Assembly (NCBI GenBank): GCA_028355015.1
Contig: JAOMRN010000001.1
Coordinates: forward strand, 1,229-65,228
Length of the DNA: 64,000 nt
Origin: Methanobacteriota archaeon
Lineage (GTDB): Archaea > Thermoplasmatota > Poseidoniia > Poseidoniales > Thalassarchaeaceae
Direction of reading: 5' to 3'
Each line of letters begins with the position of its first letter. Within the stretch, counting starts at the first letter, position 1. Position numbers and translations under genes: made by a program. Of the stretch, positions 58,970 through 64,000 are shown piece by piece. The notes below the pieces were generated by a model, which saw only the letters and a list, made by a program, of their open reading frames with translations, ran no database searches and was not told the origin of the DNA.

Positions 58970-59623
58970 ATGCCAATCGTTTCTGAAAAAATACAACAAG
59001 CGGCGGCTGAGAAATTAGCAGAGGCTTTGGATAAGATGGACGGTGTTGAATCTTCAGTAGATGTCCGAACTAGCGGAACTCAAAACAGACCTATAGTCAA
59101 CGCTTCCGTGTCGCCTGAAAACTGGCGTAAGGTCGCTGAAGATTTAAAAAATAAATATGAAGTAGATCATTGCTCAATGATTACTGGAATTCACTGGCCT
59201 GAATCCAGTGATAAAACATGGGAAGTGGTTTATCATTTCTTGAGAACGGGGATAAAAAATCCCATTATTGAAGGGGGTTTAGTTATTCCAAATATAGTGG
59301 ACTTTTCTAAAGTCAAAGGTAAGGACGTTCCTTTAGAAATTCAAATCAGTGTCAAGATTCAAGAAACTAGAACTCCTTCCGTTGCAAGTGTGCAAGACAT
59401 TTGGGTAGGAGCCGATTGGAACGAAAAAGAAACGTGGGATTTAGTTGGAATTGATTTTGATGGCCATGAAGGAATGCGTAGAGTTCTCAATCCTCATGAA
59501 TCGCCAGTAGGTTTCCATCCCCTACAAAAACAACACAAATTACGTTATCATGGATTTGAAGAAATGTATGACGATGCTCAAGGTTTTATGCGTAAACCAG
59601 TAGATTCTAACAGAGTAAAATGA
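58970..59623 (+). CDS. nuoC: Complex I-like subunit C
   Basis: ADWNEKETWDLVGIDFDGH, HPLQK. Confidence 0.88.
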   Translation: MPIVSEKIQQAAAEKLAEALDKMDGVESSVDVRTSGTQNRPIVNASVSPENWRKVAEDLKNKYEVDHCSMITGIHWPESSDKTWEVVYHFLRTGIKNPIIEGGLVIPNIVDFSKVKGKDVPLEIQISVKIQETRTPSVASVQDIWVGADWNEKETWDLVGIDFDGHEGMRRVLNPHESPVGFHPLQKQHKLRYHGFEEMYDDAQGFMRKPVDSNRVK

Positions 59624-59624
59624 G

Positions 59625-60770
59625 GTGGAAAAAATGGCAGAAATGTGGATTTCAATGGGGCCTCAACATCCGATGACTCATGGACTTTGGACACTTAAGG
59701 TGAAAGTTGACGGTGAAACAGTAGTGGATACTGAGCCTGATCTTGGATACATTCATCGAGGAGTAGAAAAAATCTGTGAATCTCGAGATTTTACTCAGAT
59801 AACAACATATTGTGATAGGCTGTGTTATGCTTCTGCTAATACTTGGTCTCATGCTTACATATATGCGGCTGAAGATTTACTTGGTGTTGAAGTTCCAGAA
59901 CGTGCAGAATATATTCGATTAATAGCAGTAGAAATTCAGAGAATAGCTAGTCACTTAATGTGGTTAGGTGCTTATGGTCCAGATATTGGTAATCTGAGCG
60001 TAATGGTTTGGTGCCTCCGTGAAAGAGAGATGATGATGGATTTATTGCAAGAACTTGGTGGTTCTAGAATGCATTATAATTTTCCTCGTATAGGGGGCGT
60101 CAAGAGAGATTTACCGCATGGTTTCGCTCTAAGAGCTCGGCATAAGTTGAAGTTGTTCCTAGATCGAATACAAGAATATGAAGCTCTTTTCGATGAATCT
60201 ACTGTGTTTTTAATTCGCAGCCAAGGTGTAGGCTATGCTAAACCTGAAGAAATGATGAATCATGGAGTTTCAGGACCGAATATTCGTGCAGCAGGAGTGA
60301 ATCATGATATTCGTACATCTCACCCATATTCAGTATATTCAGAGCTTGATTGGACACCTGCTGTAGAACGTTCTTCAATCAAGGGTGCTGACTGTTATGA
60401 TCGCTACCGCATTAGAGTTGAAGAAATGAGGCAGAGTGCTAATTTAGTTCTCCAAGCATTAGATAAGATTCCAGGCGGAGCAGAAACATATCATGAGCCT
60501 GGAGATGCTAAGATTCTGGGCAAAGCACCAACAAGAGCGCCAGAAGGAACATCGGGTTCCCATCATTTCGAGGACAGTCGCGGCGAATCAATGTTCTACA
60601 TAGCAGGTGGCGGTGAAGGTCGCGGTAAGATGCCTTATCGGGTGTCTATTCGTTCACCGATGTTCATTACAATTCCTTATGCCTCAAAATGTATGATTGG
60701 ATACAAGGTGGCAGATATTCCTGCAATTATGGGTTCATTTGATCCATGTATTGGTGAGACTGATAGGTGA
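59625..60770 (+). CDS. nuoD: Complex I-like subunit D
   Basis: MGPQHPMTHG, GYIHRGVEK, DRLCY, GETDR. Confidence 0.95.
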   Translation: MEKMAEMWISMGPQHPMTHGLWTLKVKVDGETVVDTEPDLGYIHRGVEKICESRDFTQITTYCDRLCYASANTWSHAYIYAAEDLLGVEVPERAEYIRLIAVEIQRIASHLMWLGAYGPDIGNLSVMVWCLREREMMMDLLQELGGSRMHYNFPRIGGVKRDLPHGFALRARHKLKLFLDRIQEYEALFDESTVFLIRSQGVGYAKPEEMMNHGVSGPNIRAAGVNHDIRTSHPYSVYSELDWTPAVERSSIKGADCYDRYRIRVEEMRQSANLVLQALDKIPGGAETYHEPGDAKILGKAPTRAPEGTSGSHHFEDSRGESMFYIAGGGEGRGKMPYRVSIRSPMFITIPYASKCMIGYKVADIPAIMGSFDPCIGETDR

Positions 60771-60779
60771 GTTGAGATT

Positions 60780-62354
60780 ATGGCAAGTAGCGATTGGTTG
60801 GACATTCGTGGTTGGACGGAATCAATTATTGGATGGTCTATGGACAAAACTCATGACACTCTGCCTTCAAGTGATATCGATTTAGAATTTTCAATTACTC
60901 GCCCAAGATGGTTTTTGGAAGAGCCAATCGTGATAGGTTCAGAAATAAATCTGCAATCAGGATTTGCAGATATTCAACCCTCTCTCGAAGCATTTTTCGT
61001 TTCTACAATAATGTGTACTGTAGTTTTTGCTACAATGATGTTGACTCTCATGGTAGTCCCATATATTGAGAGAAAATTCATAGGTCGTCTGATGGATAGA
61101 ATCGGTGCCACTACTTCACTTCGAAGTTTATGGATCGGCGAAGGGCCTTCAACCGCAGGAGATTGGTGGAATAAGTTACCAATGGGGATGGGAGCCCCTA
61201 TAGGTATGATTAATCGAACCCTCAATTCATCTTTTGGTAATGAGCATCATTTAGATACGATAAATAGAGTAGGGAATAGAGGTTATCATGGTATTTGGTT
61301 CCTATTTCCTGGCTTTTTCCAAGCATTAGCTGATTTTCTTAAATTCGCTACAAAGGAACATTTGATTCCTGAAAAGGCAGATAAATTAGTCTTCGAAGTT
61401 GCCCCTGTAATCATTATTGCAACCACAATTATGTGCTATACCTTCATACCCTTCGGGCCTCATATTTGGGCGGCAAATCCTGACTTATCTCTTCTTTTCT
61501 TGATGGCAATCTTTGGAATAGCACCTCTAGGTGTTTTCTTTGCTGGTTGGGCGTCTAATAACAAATATACTCTCATTGGTGGAATGCGATCTGCAGCGCA
61601 ATTAACAGCATATGAGATACCACTGCTAATTACAGTTCTTTCAATAGCAGTAGTTAGTGGGTCATTCAATATTCTAGAAATAGTCGACTTCCAAATAGAA
61701 AATTCCGATACTTGGAATATATTCATATTGCCATTAGGCGCGGCACTTTTCTTGATCACAATGATAGCAGAAGTTGAAAGGATACCTTTCGATATGCCTG
61801 AAGCAGAGGCTGAACTTGTAGAAGGTTGGTGGACTGAGTATGGAGGTATAAGATGGGGCCTAATGTTTGCAGTTGAAATGATGCGTGCTTATGCTGCTTG
61901 TATTCTATTTGCTTTGTTCTTCCTTGGAGGATGGGAATTTCCATTCCAAGATTGGCTTTCAATCGCCCCAGGAGTAGGTTTTATCTTTGAAAATCTATTT
62001 TTAATTATACCCGGTATAGTTGTAGTTTTACTGAAAGCATGGCTATTATTTGCTTTCTTTGTTTGGGTTCGTGCTTCATTACATAGAATTAGAACTGATC
62101 AGATTCTTGAATTTGGTTGGAGATATTTATTACCTCTTTCTATAGTAAATTTAGCAATTGCAATGTACCTTCGTCTAGAGGTATGGTCTTCTTCAGGATG
62201 GCCGATTTGGGTTCCACCATTGATTAGTATAGTCGCAATTGCACTATTCGTCATATATGCTATAGATGAAGATAAAGATGCATTAGAATACTCTAGAAGA
62301 CCATATAATACTCAAACATTGGATAAAGCATATCCAGGAAGTAGAAGAGAATAG
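60780..62354 (+). CDS. nuoH: Complex I-like subunit H (extended)
   Basis: ERK, QALAD, GWASNNKY.LIGGMRSAAQ..AYE, RIPFDMPEAEAELVEG. Confidence 0.92.
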   Translation: MASSDWLDIRGWTESIIGWSMDKTHDTLPSSDIDLEFSITRPRWFLEEPIVIGSEINLQSGFADIQPSLEAFFVSTIMCTVVFATMMLTLMVVPYIERKFIGRLMDRIGATTSLRSLWIGEGPSTAGDWWNKLPMGMGAPIGMINRTLNSSFGNEHHLDTINRVGNRGYHGIWFLFPGFFQALADFLKFATKEHLIPEKADKLVFEVAPVIIIATTIMCYTFIPFGPHIWAANPDLSLLFLMAIFGIAPLGVFFAGWASNNKYTLIGGMRSAAQLTAYEIPLLITVLSIAVVSGSFNILEIVDFQIENSDTWNIFILPLGAALFLITMIAEVERIPFDMPEAEAELVEGWWTEYGGIRWGLMFAVEMMRAYAACILFALFFLGGWEFPFQDWLSIAPGVGFIFENLFLIIPGIVVVLLKAWLLFAFFVWVRASLHRIRTDQILEFGWRYLLPLSIVNLAIAMYLRLEVWSSSGWPIWVPPLISIVAIALFVIYAIDEDKDALEYSRRPYNTQTLDKAYPGSRRE

Positions 62355-62365
62355 GAGGTGAAAAA

Positions 62366-63343
62366 ATGGATTATAATACAGGACACCCTCACGCAACACC
62401 AAATTTCAGGAACTTGGTAATTAAACCAATGTGGATTACCATGAAAACAGCCCTTAGAACCGTCCCTTACATTGGTAAAGCAAAATTTCTTAAGAATAAT
62501 TACCACGGTCAGCAAACTAATTTGACCGATGAATATACTCTTGAGAGGATTGGAGATAATCATCCATCTTCAGGCCAAGTTTATGCAGCAGATCGTGAGT
62601 CATCACCTGCACTTCCTTTCTTAGAAAGACCTGTTACAATCATGTTCCCCTATGAAAGACTTGAGGATATGGAACCTTGGCTTTTCGTCCCAGGAAATTA
62701 TAATGGAAGAATAGGGATTGTTTGGGAGACTTGTACGGCTTGCAAAGCATGCGTCAAAGCGTGCCCAAATGATTGTCTTCATATGACTTCAGAAACACGT
62801 GTAAATGTTCTCGATACGACCGAAGAAGATGATGAATGGCATGGTCTTGGAAGTGAAATTGAATCTGGCGGCTTAGCTGCACGAAAGAAAGATGATTTTG
62901 AAGAAATCGAGAATTTCGACTTAGTTTTAGAACACAAAGCCCCTCCTCAACAGTATGATTTTGCTGAAGTAATAGATATTAGTGGCGACAAAGCAACTGT
63001 TCGCTGGCAAGATGGTTCCGGTATTGAATCAGTCGAAATTTCGTCATTAAAGCCGGCTGAAGTTGATATTGTATCTGGCCGTATAGATATTGGAAGATGT
63101 ATGTTCTGTGGTTTATGCGCAGAAGCCTGTCCTTTCGAATCATTCTTTATGACAAATGAGTATGATGGTATGTCTGGCTATTCAAGAGAAGATCTTTGGT
63201 TTGATGCAGACCGTACAAGACTTCTACCTGTCGTTCATCAAGAAAGAGTAGATATGGAACTTGCTAAAAGAGCACAGAAAGAGAAGGCTAAGCGTGAGAA
63301 GAAAGCAGCTAAAGCAGCAGCAGCGGCTAAAGCGGAGGCATGA
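62366..63343 (+). CDS. nuoI: Complex I-like subunit I with a large insertion
   Basis: VTIMFPYE, CTACKACVKACP and CMFCGLCAEACP. Confidence 0.9.
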   Translation: MDYNTGHPHATPNFRNLVIKPMWITMKTALRTVPYIGKAKFLKNNYHGQQTNLTDEYTLERIGDNHPSSGQVYAADRESSPALPFLERPVTIMFPYERLEDMEPWLFVPGNYNGRIGIVWETCTACKACVKACPNDCLHMTSETRVNVLDTTEEDDEWHGLGSEIESGGLAARKKDDFEEIENFDLVLEHKAPPQQYDFAEVIDISGDKATVRWQDGSGIESVEISSLKPAEVDIVSGRIDIGRCMFCGLCAEACPFESFFMTNEYDGMSGYSREDLWFDADRTRLLPVVHQERVDMELAKRAQKEKAKREKKAAKAAAAAKAEA

Positions 63344-63349
63344 TTTCCA

Positions 63350-63619
63350 ATGAATATAGACTTCGAAGCCCTAGTATTCGTGATACTTTCAGCTGCCGCT
63401 ATTATTGGGGCACTAGGTTGTGTATATGCTAGAAGAGTAGCCCACTCCCTTCTTTCACTCATGTTAACTTTCATGGCAGTTGCTGGAGTAATGGTGCTGG
63501 CAGCAGCAGAAATGTTGGCTGCTATACAAATCTTGGTTTATCTTGGTTCAGTAATGCTTGTTGTTCAATTCGGAGTTATGTTAACTCGTCGTCAAATTCA
63601 AGAAGGTGATGTTGAATGA
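63350..63619 (+). CDS. nuoJ: Complex I-like subunit J, N-terminal half
   Basis: AEMLAAIQILVYLGSVMLVVQFGVMLT. Confidence 0.88.
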   Translation: MNIDFEALVFVILSAAAIIGALGCVYARRVAHSLLSLMLTFMAVAGVMVLAAAEMLAAIQILVYLGSVMLVVQFGVMLTRRQIQEGDVE

Positions 63620-63888
63620 AAGCAATTTCTGCGTTAACTAAGATCGGACTTTTTGGATTTATATTAGTGATGCTAAACGAAGTCATGTCACATCCTATGT
63701 GGGATAATTCGACAGCATCCCCTCCTAATACTGTAGATTTCGCTCTTGCTTTGTATGGTGATCAATGGGCTATTGCTACAGTAATTCTTGGAGCACTTCT
63801 TGCTATGGCAATGGTGGGCGCATCCTATCTTGTAAGGGATGAAAGATTGATTAATTTAATTTGGGATATGGGCGGTGAAGATTTATGA
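63616..63888 (+). CDS. nuoJ: Complex I-like subunit J, C-terminal half
   Basis: FALALYGDQWAIATVILGALLAMAMVGA; lies between J-N and K. Confidence 0.75.
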   Translation: MKAISALTKIGLFGFILVMLNEVMSHPMWDNSTASPPNTVDFALALYGDQWAIATVILGALLAMAMVGASYLVRDERLINLIWDMGGEDL

Positions 63889-64000
63889 TTGATCCAAGTT
63901 GGATTTCAGGTCTTGGTGTAATCTTATTTGGTATCGGCCTTCTTGGTGCATTCACTAGGAAAAATGCTATTATCGTTCTAATGTGTATTGAGGTTATGCT
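63885..64000 (+). CDS. nuoK: Complex I-like subunit K, partial (runs off the window)
   Basis: MIDPSWISGLGVILFGIGLLGAFTRKNAIIVLMCIEVML. Confidence 0.88.
   Translation, partial: MIDPSWISGLGVILFGIGLLGAFTRKNAIIVLMCIEVM

Noticed and set aside
63616..63619. Frameshift pseudogenisation of nuoJ
   Set aside because: ATGA stop/start coupling and the known split-J arrangement in archaea indicate two real genes

Overview
Chromosomal fragment of a Marine Group II-like euryarchaeon (Poseidoniales). This is inferred from the archaeal pus10-rpl21e-rpoF-DUF655-ksgA operon, rpl15e, an intron-containing tRNA-Tyr, crtI/crtB, many secreted peptidases and surface proteins, and a complex I-like operon with no nuoEFG between nuoD and nuoH. 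Core genes flank a ~12 kb accessory island (29392-41510) at the 3' end of tRNA-Tyr. The island shows layered accretion: a 26-bp tRNA-end repeat at 33565, a 12-nt remnant at 35858, and a decayed copy of a cargo gene end at 41415-41510. It holds two candidate undescribed systems. (1) A module of an NAD(P)H oxidoreductase, a soluble HxlR regulator and a membrane-spanning protein joining two extracellular fasciclin domains to a cytoplasmic HxlR domain; two promoters in the module share a motif. (2) A compact serine recombinase with a convergent nuclease/C5-methyltransferase pair and a family of dyad-containing repeats that flank cargo genes. All family assignments come from motif recognition by eye; no database searches were run.
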